Below, in pieces: positions 51,702-64,000 of a DNA stretch of 64,000 nt. Made by a program: the position numbers and the translations under genes. The DNA comes from Octopus vulgaris (Eukaryota). The notes under the pieces were generated by a model that did no database searches, was not told where the DNA came from, and was given only the letters and a program-made list of their open reading frames with translations. Within the stretch, counting starts at the first letter, position 1; the number at the start of each line of letters is the position of its first letter. The DNA lies in the NCBI GenBank assembly GCA_951406725.2, contig OX597840.1, positions 30,256,001 to 30,320,000 on the forward strand, written 5' to 3'.

Positions 51702-52103
51702 TTGGAGTGGCTTTGTGGTAAGTAGCTTGCTTACCAATCACATGGTTCTGGGTTCAGTCCCACTGCATGGCACCATGGGCAAGTGTCTTCTACTATAGCT
51801 TCGGGCCGACCAAAGCCTTGTGAGTGGATTTGGTAGACGGAAACTGAAAGAAGCCTGTCGTATATATGTATATATATATGTGTATGTGTGTTTGTGTGTC
51901 TGTGTTTGTCTCCCCAACATCACTTGACAACCGGTGCTGGTGTGTTTATGCCCCCTGTAACTTAACAGTTTGGCATAAGAGATTGATAGAATAAGTACTA
52001 GGCTTACAAAGACTAAGTCCTGGGAACGATTTGCTTGACTAAAGGCGGTGCTCCAGCATGGCAACAGTCAAATGACTGAAACAAGTAAAAGTGTAAAAGA
52101 GTA
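51702..52103 (+). mobile_element. SINE family A
   Basis: Family match. Confidence 0.9.
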
Positions 52104-52314
52104 AACTGAAAAAATGAAAAAATGTGAAAGGGTGAGATTTTAACAAACTACACAAACTTCAAAGAATCCTTGTAGAAGAAGTTTTGGGAACAATGAATAA
52201 AATATCAAAAATTCTCAGAGAATTCTGAAAGGATCTCAAAAAATTTTAAATGCCTCAGTCATGAAGTTATAAAGTGTTAAAGTTTTTTTAAGTTTAAAGG
52301 TTTTAAGATAGATA

Positions 52315-52727
52315 ACTTTTTTTATTGGCCACACAGGGCTGAACACAGAGGGGGCAAATACAAATGTAGAGCTTTTCTTTTCGAAAATGAAAGAAAGGGA
52401 AAAAATAAGAAAGAAAGTAAAATTCCGATCAAAAGGGATTGGGGAAAGAAAAAAAAATGATCAAAAGAGATCGTGTATCACAGAAGAGTTTTAAAAATGT
52501 AAAATGTAAGATTAGGTTTATCTGTGGAAAGAAAAGCCTACGGATAGATAGATAGATAGATTGAAAGAAAGACAGATAGATAGACAAATAGATAGACAGA
52601 CAAGCAGGCAGGCAGGCACAGACAGACTGGTGGATAGATAGATGGGTAAATAATTAGACAGATAGATAGATAAATAGATAGATAGACAGACAGGCAGACA
52701 GAAACACAGATAGATAGATAGATAGAG

Positions 52728-52758
<31 letters not shown>

Positions 52759-52761
52759 AAT

Positions 52762-52806
<45 letters not shown>

Positions 52807-52906
52807 CAGATGGATGGATGGATGGATGGATGGATGGATGGGTAGATGGATAGATGGATAGATGGGTAGATAGATAGATAGATAGATAGATGGATAGATG
52901 GGTAGA

Positions 52907-52942
<36 letters not shown>

Positions 52943-53495
52943 TGCAGATAGATAGATAGATAGATAGATGGGTAGATGGGTAGATGGGTAGATGGATAGA
53001 TGGGTAGATAGATAGATGGGTAGATAGATAGATGGGTAGATAGATAGATAGATAGATAGATAGATGGGTATGGGTAGATAGATAGATAGATAAAGAAATA
53101 GAATGATAGATAGATGAATGGATACATACACAGATTTATGAGAGATACCGTAGATAGAAAAATGGGTAAATAGATAGATAAGTTTCTTTATTGGCCACAC
53201 AGGGCTGCACACAGATGGGACATGTTACAAGGTAGAGCTTTTCTTTTGGGGGATGAAAAAATAAAAAAAAGGGGGTGGCGTAGGTTTTCGATCAAGAGGG
53301 ATCGTAAAAGGGAAGAAAAGAACAAAAAAAAAAATTTTTTTTTAAATAAAATAAAAAAAATAAATAAAATAAATAGAATAAAAAATAAAAAGAGATAGAT
53401 AGATAGATAGACAAACAGAAATAGAATGATAGACAGATAAATAGATAGATGAATGGATACATACAGAGATTTACGAGAGATACAGTAGATAGAAT
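52315..53495. repeat. (GATA/GATG/GACA)n field with two copies of a retroelement-like 3' end
   Basis: TTTATTGGCCACACAGGGCTG at ~52320 and ~53187; duplicated block 53090-53160 / 53415-53495. Confidence 0.75.
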
Positions 53496-53844
53496 GGCAT
53501 ATGAACTGTTGATTTAGGTTGTGGAATATGTCGACCAGTCAAAGACAAGGAACTTGCAGAAATGGATGTGGTGGTGGTGGTGGTGGTGGTGGTGACAGCA
53601 TCTGGTGAAGCCTGGCTTCAGAATGTTGGATATCAGGAAAGCGATAATAACAGATTGCAATAAAGGTCAAGACAATGTCTTAGAATAGAATAATCCAGTT
53701 CCATATAAACAAAGGAAACAAGGCGTAAAATGGGAAAATGGTGGTGATGGTGATGGGGATGGGGATGGGGATGATGAGAGAGATGCTGGTGATGATCCAG
53801 TCCATACAAGTGTAAGAAGCAAATGTGAAGTGGAGGTGGTGGGG

Positions 53845-53917
53845 TTGATGATGATTGTGGTGATGGTGATGATTGTGGTGATGGTGATGATGATGATGAT
53901 GATGATGATGATGGTGG

Positions 53918-53967
<50 letters not shown>

Positions 53968-54425
53968 GTGGTGATGGTGATGATGATGATGATGATTGTA
54001 GTGATGGTGATGATGATGATGGTGATGATTGTGGTGATGGTGATGATGATGATGATTGTGGTGATGGTGAGGATGATGATGATGGCAATATTGATGATGA
54101 TGATGATGATGATTGTGATGATGATGATTGTGGTGATGGTTTGTGATGATGATGATGGTGATGATTGTGGTGATGGTGATGATGATGATGGTGATGGTTT
54201 GAGGATGATGATCATGATGATCATGATGATTGTGGTGATGGTGATGGTTTGAGGATGATGGCAATATTGATGATGATGATGATGATGATAGTAACATTGA
54301 TGATATGATGGTGATGATAATACTTATGATGGCGATGGTTTAATAACTATGATGACGATGACGATAAAGAAAGCAATGATGATGATGATAGCTATGATGC
54401 TGATAATGATGGTGATTGCATGATA
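53845..54425. repeat. (GAT/GGT)n trinucleotide repeat
   Basis: Seen directly. Confidence 0.95.
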
Positions 54426-54729
54426 ATGGATTTGCCATTGTCATGAATTCCATCTTGATTGCCTTCTTCCAAATTCCGAATATTGATTGCATCTTCCAGT
54501 CGGCGCTGTGAACTATTTATAACCTTATCCGGAACCAGATTAATTTCCTTAAATCAAATGATTTCAAATTCACTAGGGAAACCCCATTTGGTTGGTTGAT
54601 CAACCTGCAAGAAATAGAAATAACAGCCAAATCTGTGTCCCTAGAATCACAACCTACTGTGAAATATTTGGAAGGACCATTTGGATAATGTGGTCTTGGA
54701 GAAAATAAAGAAAACTCAAAGAATTATAA

Positions 54730-55257
54730 TCATCATCATCGTTTAACGTCCGCTTTCCATGCTAGCATGGGTTGGACGGTTCAACTGGGGTCTGGGGAAC
54801 CAGAAGGCTGCACCAGGCCAGTCAGATCTGGCAGTGTTTCTACAGCTGGATGCCCTTCCTAACGCCAACCACTCCAAGAGTGTAGTGGGTGATTTTATGT
54901 GCCACCGACACAGGTGCCAGACGAGGCTGGCAGACGGCCACGCTCGGATGGTGTTTTTTATGTGCCACCTGACACAGGTGCCAGACGAGGCTGGCGAACG
55001 GCCATGCTCGGATGGTGTTTTTTATGTGCCACTGACACAGGTGCCAGACGAGGCTGGTGAACGGCCATGCTCGGATAGTGTTTTTTATGTGCCACTGACA
55101 CAGGTGCCAGACGAGGCTGGCGAACGGCCATGCTCGGATGGTGTTTTTTATGTGCCACTGACACAGGTGCCAGACGAGGCTGGCAGACGGCCACGCTCGG
55201 ATGGTGTTTTTTATGTGCCACCGACACAGGTGCCAGACGAGGCTGGCGAACGGCCAC
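54730..55257 (-). mobile_element. 5'-truncated RTE family D 3' UTR with 6 x 63-bp tandem repeat and TSD
   Basis: ACACAGGTGCCAGACGAGG at 54908, 54972, 55035, 55098, 55161, 55224; TSD ACTCAAAGAATWATAATCA at 54714 and 55256. Confidence 0.88.
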
Positions 55258-55306
55258 TCAAAGAATAATAATCACAGGAAGAATTCTTTGATTATGGGTC
55301 CATTGT

Positions 55307-55530
55307 TACAGCTCCCATGACTTTCGGAAACATTTTTTCACGCTCAGAGTTGCTGAAGCATGGAATAAACTGCCTGCGTCAGTTGTTGACTGCCATGACA
55401 CTGCATCCTTTAAGGCCCTCATGCTTTCCGAAATCCGCCGAAACTACACCTGATTATATATACACTTTAGATGAGTTGTAGTGGACCTGAGCTATGTACA
55501 CAATGTTTTATTATTATTATTATTATTATT
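55307..55530 (+). mobile_element. CR1-group LINE 3' end
   Basis: DFRKHFFTLRVAEAWNKLPASVVDCHDTASFKALM followed by a (TTA)n tail. Confidence 0.8.
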
Positions 55531-55740
55531 AGAACTGATTTGGGGCTAAATAATTACTAAAGGGATTTCTGCCAGGTGGGAGCTTGTTTTGTGACCATGA
55601 GGTTTCGGGTTCAGTTCCATGCTGGGTGAGTGGCTTGTGTCTTCTACAATTGCCCCAGACTGACTGACCAATTCCTTGTGAGTGAATCTGGTAGACAGAA
55701 ACTATGTGAAAACCATATTCATGTGTGTATGTATGTGTGC

Positions 55741-55772
<32 letters not shown>

Positions 55773-56547
55773 CATTATTCCATTTTATTTCAAGATTCCT
55801 TGCCAATATAGAAAGGGCTGGTTTCTAACCTAGAGCCAAGACTCTTGTATGTATATGTGTGTGTATGTATGTGTGTGTGTGTATGTGTGTGTGTGTGTGT
55901 GTGTGCTTGAGATTATATAAAGGAGAATGAAATAAGAAATTATGCCATGAACTTCATTGGCTCACAGTTGTTTCTGCTATAAGATGCAATGCACTCGTAC
56001 TAATAGCAAGAGCACTCAGAGAGTGCAAACCTCTGCCAAGGCAACACCAACGTCTTCTCAACGATTAGCTGGATATGATTTTTAAAATGAGAATATCTGA
56101 AATACTAAAAATGAACCCGGCTACTGGGATTGAACTTGAAACCCCATGGCAACACAGTGAGCTTTTTAACCATCCACCTAATATGTATTGAGTCAAAGTG
56201 CTCCATCCTGAATTTCATTAGATTTAAGTAATGCTAATTAATAATAGATAAGCAAATAAGTTAATTAGACAAATATATACAAATACTTAATTATAGTGCC
56301 CTCAAAATATATGCACGTAAATGTATACAACTTTATGTAGATATAAATATAAATGCAAATACATATGTATGTGTGTACATATGTGTATTTATATATATGT
56401 ATCAATCTATATGTGTGTGTGTGTATTTATATAAAAGCATATGTATGCTTATATCTATAATTGTATATTTACTTATCTATCAATCTATGTATGTATGTAC
56501 TTACACATATATATATATATAAATAATAATATTAGAGAATATATATG

Positions 56548-56592
<45 letters not shown>

Positions 56593-56680
56593 TTATCTAT
56601 AAGGCAGAACATGATTTGTACTAGCACAATTTCACATCAATATCTTGTTAACTAAATAAAAAATGATGTGTGCACACACA

Positions 56681-56751
<71 letters not shown>

Positions 56752-57284
56752 CAACAACAACAACAACCCTGTTCCACAAATTAAAACACGTAGCAGAAAA
56801 TACACTAAATTAATTAGACTAAATATATAAAATAAACAAAAATCACAAGGTATGAAATAAACAAATTTAAGTCTAATTAGAAACACCATCAGCAAATAAA
56901 ATAATTTGATAACTAGGCAAAGCATTGGTAGTCATTAGTGCACAGAGCATTTCACCGTATTTGTTGTGGTTTACTGTATTCCAAGTTCAAACTCTGCCGG
57001 GGCACACTTTCATATTTTTTTTTTTTTTTATGTTTGTGGGTGGTGCGGATGATAAAATAAAATACAGCGTTGGTGGTAGTAGGGAGAGCCAGAATTATTT
57101 ACTATTTTCTTTTTTTTTATGTAGGTGATAAATTAAAATAGCGAGCTTGCGGTGTTGGAAAGAGCCAGATTTGTTTCTTTTGTTGGCAAATGACGGAAAC
57201 AAGTGAAAGAATAAAAGAAAGGAATGTAACTACTTGTGTGCCATTGGCAATTCCTTTTCTGTGTTTGAACTTTTCTCTTTCCCC

Positions 57285-57317
57285 TTTCTGACAAAGAGCT
57301 ACGCTTGAAATGTCAAA
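57285..57317 (+). ncRNA. CpG-decayed minimal hammerhead
   Basis: ttt-CTGACAA-agagc-tac-gctt-GAAA-tg-TC-aaa; restores to CTGACGA/GCTC/ACGT by three CpG reversions; TA tract ~80 bp downstream. Confidence 0.55.
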
Positions 57318-57426
57318 CTCTCTCCTTTCTCCGAGTATCAAGTTCATAAATTTCTTGTGCACATTTGTTTTTTTTACATTTTATTTGAATTGACTATATA
57401 TATATATATATATATATATATCTTTA

Positions 57427-57720
57427 TCATCATCATCATCATCATCATCGTTTAACGTCCGTTTTTTCATGCTAGCATGGGTTGGATGGTTCGACCGGGG
57501 TCTGGGAAACCAGGAGGCTGCACCAGACTTCAGTCTGATCAGGCAGTGTTTCTACAGCTGGATGCCCTTCCTAACGCCAACCACTCCGTGAGTGTATAGG
57601 GTGCTTTTTATGTGCCACCAGCACAGGTGCCAGGGGAGGCTGGCAACGGCCATGATCAGTTGGTGTTTTTTACATGCCACCGACACACAAGCCAGTCAAG
57701 GCGGCACTGGCATCGGCCAC
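57427..57720 (-). mobile_element. RTE family D 3' UTR
   Basis: (CAT)n-CGTTTAACGTCCG...CATGCTAGCATGGGTTGG. Confidence 0.85.
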
Positions 57721-57730
57721 ATATATATAA

Positions 57731-57786
<56 letters not shown>

Positions 57787-57792
<6 letters not shown>

Positions 57793-58169
57793 AAATCCAT
57801 TCTGTCTGTCTGTCTGTGTGTCTTCTAAAGTCTCGGGCATCCTCCATCCGTTTGCGCTCAAATTTGATATATAGATACCGACAGTATCAGGGCATGTATA
57901 AGTCTTGAAAATATTACAAAAATTGACTCCAGGTGAGAATGCGATTGATAAAGCCGTGGGAATGTGCACTTGTATGCGCAAGTACATCAGCTGTTATGAT
58001 CGATACTATGCATATGCAAGAAAAATGCACATTCAGTTTGTGCAAAAAAGCCAACTGGCTTGAAATAAAGGCATGCTCAATTATTTTTTGGTGAAAAGAA
58101 AACACTGATTGCTTTTTATTCAGCAGATATGATTCAGCACCGTCCATTGGATGGCGGACGTTTTGCTAG
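57787..58169 (+). mobile_element. Helitron/Helentron-like non-autonomous element (short form)
   Basis: (CTGT)n near the 5' end, 3' hairpin then CTAG; homologous to 31303-32112. Confidence 0.65.
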
Positions 58170-58183
58170 CATATATATATATA

Positions 58184-58412
58184 TTTCTTTACTACCCACA
58201 AGGGGCTAAACATAGAGAGGACAAACAAGGACAGACAAACGGATTAAGTCGATTACATCGACCCCAGTGCGTAACTGGTACTTAATTTATTGAGCCCGCA
58301 AGGATGAAAGGCAAAGTCGACCTCGGCAGAATTTGAACTCAGAATGTAACGGCAGACGAAATATGGCTACGCATTTTGCCCGGGGTGCTAACGTTTCTGC
58401 CAGCTCATCGCC
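58184..58412 (-). mobile_element. SINE family B
   Basis: Family match. Confidence 0.88.
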
Positions 58413-58845
58413 TCTGATATATATATATTTATATATTTATATATATATATATATATATACACAGACTAACGTAAAAATGTATGTGTAACAGCTTATCAAA
58501 CCCTACCCATGTGCTAGAGTATGTTTCATCATCCTCTAGAATACTGCATATCACCAGTCAGTAGAGTCAATATAAGATTTGAAATCAATCATTCATCATC
58601 TGTTTATAACCTGGTTATTGATACAGACACCAGTGCAATATAATGCCATCCTTTTCTATTATAAGAATTACAAAAAAAAAAATAAAATAAAATAAAACAC
58701 GTGATTAATTACGAAATACAGATATATAAATCAAATTAAATTAAATTATTATATAAGAATTTTGAAAAAAGTTCCAAAAACACAAACAAAGCATTTTTAA
58801 TCAAATCAATATTGTGCTGCACTTATCTGTATTTAGATTTATAAG

Positions 58846-58898
<53 letters not shown>

Positions 58899-58943
58899 TA
58901 TACATATATATATACATATATATATATACATATATATATATAC

Positions 58944-59016
<73 letters not shown>

Positions 59017-59193
59017 ATATATATCTTTCACCAGTTCCATAATCTCCATACAGACAAGATTAACATTTTTGAAACAAACAAAAGAAGAAATTCTAATAAA
59101 TTCTAGAAAATGGTATTATATATCATATTAATAACCAAAACCGTATTCTGTGGTTCATTTTCAAATGTTATTGTCCATTTTCTGTTGTTGTTG

Positions 59194-59241
<48 letters not shown>

Positions 59242-59296
59242 CTATTATTATTATTATTATTATTACATTATTATTATTATTATTATCATTATTATG

Positions 59297-59364
<68 letters not shown>

Positions 59365-59408
59365 CATTATTATTATTAATATTATTATTATTATCAGTTC
59401 ATTATTAG

Positions 59409-59464
<56 letters not shown>

Positions 59465-59853
59465 ATTATTATTATTATTATTATGAACTATTATTATTAT
59501 TATTATCTATTATTACATTATTTGATTATTATTATCATTATTATTATGATTATTATTTGTATCCAGTTCAGTGACTGAACCGCATTGAACTGTAAAATTA
59601 TCTATGTTACAGTCTTGAAGAGAAATTACTGTATCAATACTGTAGATTTTATTGATTTTGAGAAGGTTGATCATGGTTTAGAAGTCTGATTTTAGTTCTC
59701 TATCTCAGACTTTTTATTGTTAGTTTTTTGGTTTTTGTTCTTTTGCTGTTTTGCCAGTTTTTCTTTTCTTATTTTGCTTTTTTTTTGGGGGGGGGAAGTT
59801 GTTTAAAACAGTGAGAACTTTGTTAGTTTTTCACACTATCTTCACCCACACTG

Positions 59854-59945
<92 letters not shown>

Positions 59946-59966
59946 CTCTCTCTATCTATCTATTTA

Positions 59967-60021
<55 letters not shown>

Positions 60022-60054
60022 GTCTGTCTGTCTATAAATATATATGTATGTGTA

Positions 60055-60088
<34 letters not shown>

Positions 60089-60373
60089 TATATATATATA
60101 TGTATATATATATGTATACACACACATATACACACAGGTGCAGCCACATATACACATACAGACAGTATACACACACACACACGCAGTGTATATTTAGATG
60201 TATAGACATTTGTATACTTACACATATGCATACACACATATGTATATGTTTATATATATGTATGTGTGTGTATACAGACACACATACACACACATATATA
60301 CAACATACATACTGGAAGAGTGTATTACTATTATTATTATCATTATTATTATTATCATTATTGTTGTTGTTAA

Positions 60374-60419
<46 letters not shown>

Positions 60420-60723
60420 GTTATCCATTGACTTGTTCTGGTTTTGAAGCAATCAAGCTGCCTGACTGGCAGGCACAATTTTGTACTGTTTCCTTTCTCA
60501 AAGAGATCAAGTGGATTAAAGAGAAGAAGAAATTACTTCAAACAAATTGCACTAATAAGGTCTCCTAATTAAACCTCCGGCTCTTTTAATAGAACATTAA
60601 AATAAAAAAAAGGAACAAGAGAGAGAGAGAGAATCTTGTGATAAAAGCTGTGTGTGATTTTACTTCTTTGTAGTTAATCATATGATCAGTTACATGAGGC
60701 TTCAGCATTTTTTTTACAATGGC

Positions 60724-60764
<41 letters not shown>

Positions 60765-60914
60765 TATATATATATATATATATGTATGTATGTGTATAAC
60801 ATGAGAGAAAGTGAAAATGGAATTCAGGTTTAGGTTTAGAGTTTTTCGTGTATATATATATGTGAGCATTCGTATACACACACACACCTAATTCACACCA
60901 GAAACACTTATATA

Positions 60915-61143
60915 TTTCTTAACTACCCACAAGGGGCTAAACACAGAGGGGACAAACAAGGACAGACAAAGGGATTACATCGATTACATCGACCCCAGTA
61001 CGTAACTGGTACTTAATTTATCGACCCCGAAAGTATGAAAGGCAAAGTGGACCTCAGCAGAATTTGAACTCGGAACGTAACAACAGACAAAATACGGCTA
61101 CGCATTTTGCCCGGCGTGCTAACGTTTCTGCCAGCTCGCTGCC
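60915..61143 (-). mobile_element. SINE family B
   Basis: Family match. Confidence 0.88.
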
Positions 61144-61359
61144 TTATAGGCTCGCACACACACACCTCTATATGCATACATTTTACACTACTACAAACGT
61201 ATAAACACATCTACACATACATATACACTCATATTCATGCATGTGTATATATTGGTCAACATTTTAAAACTGCTGTAATACTTACAATATTTAATAAAAT
61301 GATGTAGTGTGAAACGATCGTACCAAATTACCAAAGTTATTCTTGTTGCTTATTTTGAT

Positions 61360-61391
<32 letters not shown>

Positions 61392-61879
61392 GTTTTGTGG
61401 TCATGTTTGTTCCCAACCACCACTTGACAATTAGGATCTGTTTCTTCAACTAAAGTCACTTTAGTGGTGCTCCAGCATGGCCACATTCCAATGACTTAAA
61501 CAAGTAAAATATAAAAAATAAAAGAGTCAGTCCACACAATCTGGCTCCACTCTTGGTGGCCTGACCATGACGGCTCAACCAGCCAAAATGGCTTCAGTGA
61601 CCTGCAAGATGAAGGTTTTACATTAGAGAAGGTGAATTGCTTTATAAGGCTGGAGAGCCCCACCTGTCTGGGATCTGCTAGAAGGGTATCAAAGAAGGCA
61701 CCAGGCCACCAGAGGAACTGCATGCTTTGGCTTACTTTCAAGGTTGACTCCTTAATCGTTTTTCGTTCCTGGGGTACTCACAAAGCAGTGAAGGTCTATG
61801 CTTGGAGTTTCTTCCATAAAATAGTAACAAACCCATAGCTGGAACCTTAGGAATGCTATTATTCTGGGTCAGAGAGTAA

Positions 61880-62203
61880 AGGTTCCCTTTGGTCATGACT
61901 GACCATGGGATTGTACTAGAAAGTTACCCTCCGAGGCACAATCCGGGCAAGGTGGTTTATGGAAGACCAGCAGTCGCCCATGCATACCGGCCTCCCTTCT
62001 CCACGCCACCAGTGTTATCCAAGGGAAAAGCAAAGGCCGATACAGCTTGGCACCAGTGATGCTGCAAGTCACTTCTATAGCTGAATGAGCAGGAGGAATG
62101 TAAAATAAAGTGTCTTGCTCAAGAACACAACTCATGGCCTGATGTAAAATTTGAACTCAATACCTCGTGATTGTGAGCCTAATACTCTAAACACTGAGCC
62201 ATG
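61880..62203 (-). mobile_element. SINE with a C1-like head/core and a different 3' tail
   Basis: Shares TTGAGCAAGACACTTTATTT with 6301-6592, then unrelated sequence. Confidence 0.65.
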
Positions 62204-62399
62204 TAGACCTGGAAACAATAGTGTTTCAGAAGTGATTCCACTTTCTTCAATACCCTCGAAAATCTCATACCATGATTCTAAAACCAAATGCAGTTTAACC
62301 CTTTAGCATTCTAATTCCTCTGTCAAATATAATCCTCATCTATTCTCCTTGTTTTGAATTAATCAAGAATTATCTTGTAACTCGGAGATTTTGATGATA

Positions 62400-62797
62400 T
62401 ACTCTTTTACTCTTTTACTTATTTCAGTCATATGATTTTGGCCATACTGGAGCACTGCCTTTAGTCAAGCAAATCGACCCAAGGACTTATTCTTTGTAAG
62501 CCTAGTACTTATTCTATCGGTCTCTGTTGCCGAACTGCTAAGTGATGGGGATGTAAACACACCAGCATCGGTTGAGGGGATATATACAGACACACAAACA
62601 TACATACACACATACATATATATACATATATACGACGGATTTCTTTCAATTTCCATCTACTAAATCCACTCACAAGGCTTTGTGTGGCCCGAGGCTATAG
62701 TAGAAGGCACTTGCCCAAGGTGCCATGCAGTGGGACTAAACCTGGAACCATGAGGTTGGTAAGCAAGCTACTTACTACACAGCCACACCTACGCCTA
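62400..62797 (-). mobile_element. SINE family A
   Basis: Full-length family match. Confidence 0.9.
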
Positions 62798-63237
62798 TGA
62801 TTAGATTGACACCATAAGGTCAGTGTGTGAGGCTGGATTTGGTCAGTTTGAACAAAGAACAGGTAGAATATTTCAGCCAGAAACGGCCAGTTTAAAAACT
62901 AATGATTAAAGTTTTTACTTTAAACTACTGGGGGGGAGTAAAGTTGTTGTTATTGGTGGTGGTGGTGGTGGTGGTATTTGGGAGAGAAGATTGGAGGAGG
63001 TCCTACTGCAGATGGCTTTGTGATGGAACAGACGGTAATAAACAGCAATTAAATATTATTTACTGATAAGGAATTTGCTAATGGTTTTCAGATAACAATG
63101 TTTGAAGATGAAAAAAAAAAAAAATTCTTTAGAGTGGGTTAATTAAAATTTTGAAATAAAACATCAATAATCCTCCTATAATTGCATGAATTTGGTTAAT
63201 TTGTCAAAAGAAGTGTTTTTAAGATTTTCTTCTTCAG

Positions 63238-63259
63238 ATTATTATTATTATCATTATTA

Positions 63260-63291
<32 letters not shown>

Positions 63292-63304
63292 GTTATTATT
63301 ATTT

Positions 63305-63339
<35 letters not shown>

Positions 63340-63364
63340 GTTATCATCATTATTATTATTATTA

Positions 63365-63401
<37 letters not shown>

Positions 63402-63463
63402 CATTATTATTATTATTACTATTATTATTATTATCATTATTATTATTAATATTATTATTATTA

Positions 63464-63515
<52 letters not shown>

Positions 63516-63563
63516 CATTATTATTATTATTACTATTATTATTATTATCATTATTATTATTAA

Positions 63564-63603
<40 letters not shown>

Positions 63604-63628
63604 GTTACTATTATTAATATTATTAATA
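63238..63628. repeat. (TTA)n microsatellite (similar tract at 59195-59555)
   Basis: Seen directly. Confidence 0.95.
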
Positions 63629-64000
63629 TTTGTTTTTTTTGTTTGAGGGCAAGAGGTGGGTTGGGAATAGCTTTTAAGCAAAGCTAATTATAAATGCTAA
63701 ATCATTATCGATTCAAATAGTTATTGCATGTAACAAACAAGAAATGAAAGTGTAAATATTGGTAATGAAGAAAATTAAGCAATAATCTTCATTTTTTTTC
63801 CCTTTTTTATCTTTGCTTTTGCATGTGTGTGTTTACATATGCAAAAAACACTGTAATTTTAAATATTTCAAATTTCGGAACAAAGCCAGTTATTTGAAAG
63901 TGGGCAGTCAATTGTATTGTTTCCCGGTATTTGACTGGTACTTCATGTTATCATCATCATTGTTTAGCGTCCGCTTTCCATGCTAGCATGGGTTGGACGG

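Noticed and set aside
54390-54605. Minus-strand exon candidate EINLVPDKVINSSQRRLEDAINIRN
   Set aside because: In-frame TGA upstream, the acceptor appears repeat-derived, and the peptide loosely resembles a Tc1/mariner C-terminus
54895-55257. 63-bp array as CRISPR or a repetitive protein (ORF 54759-55268)
   Set aside because: Pure tandem repeat inside a LINE 3' UTR bounded by a TSD
55920-55985. GAAACAACTGT half-motif with tail (similar TA-flanked tail at 4385-4470)
   Set aside because: The 5' core is absent; at most truncated cassettes, so not counted

Overview
AT-rich eukaryotic DNA packed with microsatellites and transposons. The repeat content (several tRNA-derived SINE families, RTE/CR1/R4-type LINE 3' ends, TA/TTA/CAT/GATA tracts) most resembles an Octopus genome; this is an inference and was not checked by search. 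I can support no intact protein-coding gene. Nearly all listed ORFs are read-throughs of microsatellites or SINEs, and the protein-like segments are decayed transposon fragments. The main unexplained signal is 13 minimal type-I hammerhead ribozyme motifs at 10 loci, of the kind carried by Penelope-like elements (PLEs). Most sit in short non-coding cassettes next to (TA)n tracts, often as foldback (inverted) pairs. They include canonical cores (3.7, 37.3, 46.2 kb), recurrent non-canonical cores (UUGANAA, CCGAUGA) and copies decayed at one or a few positions. All coordinates and folds were read by eye.
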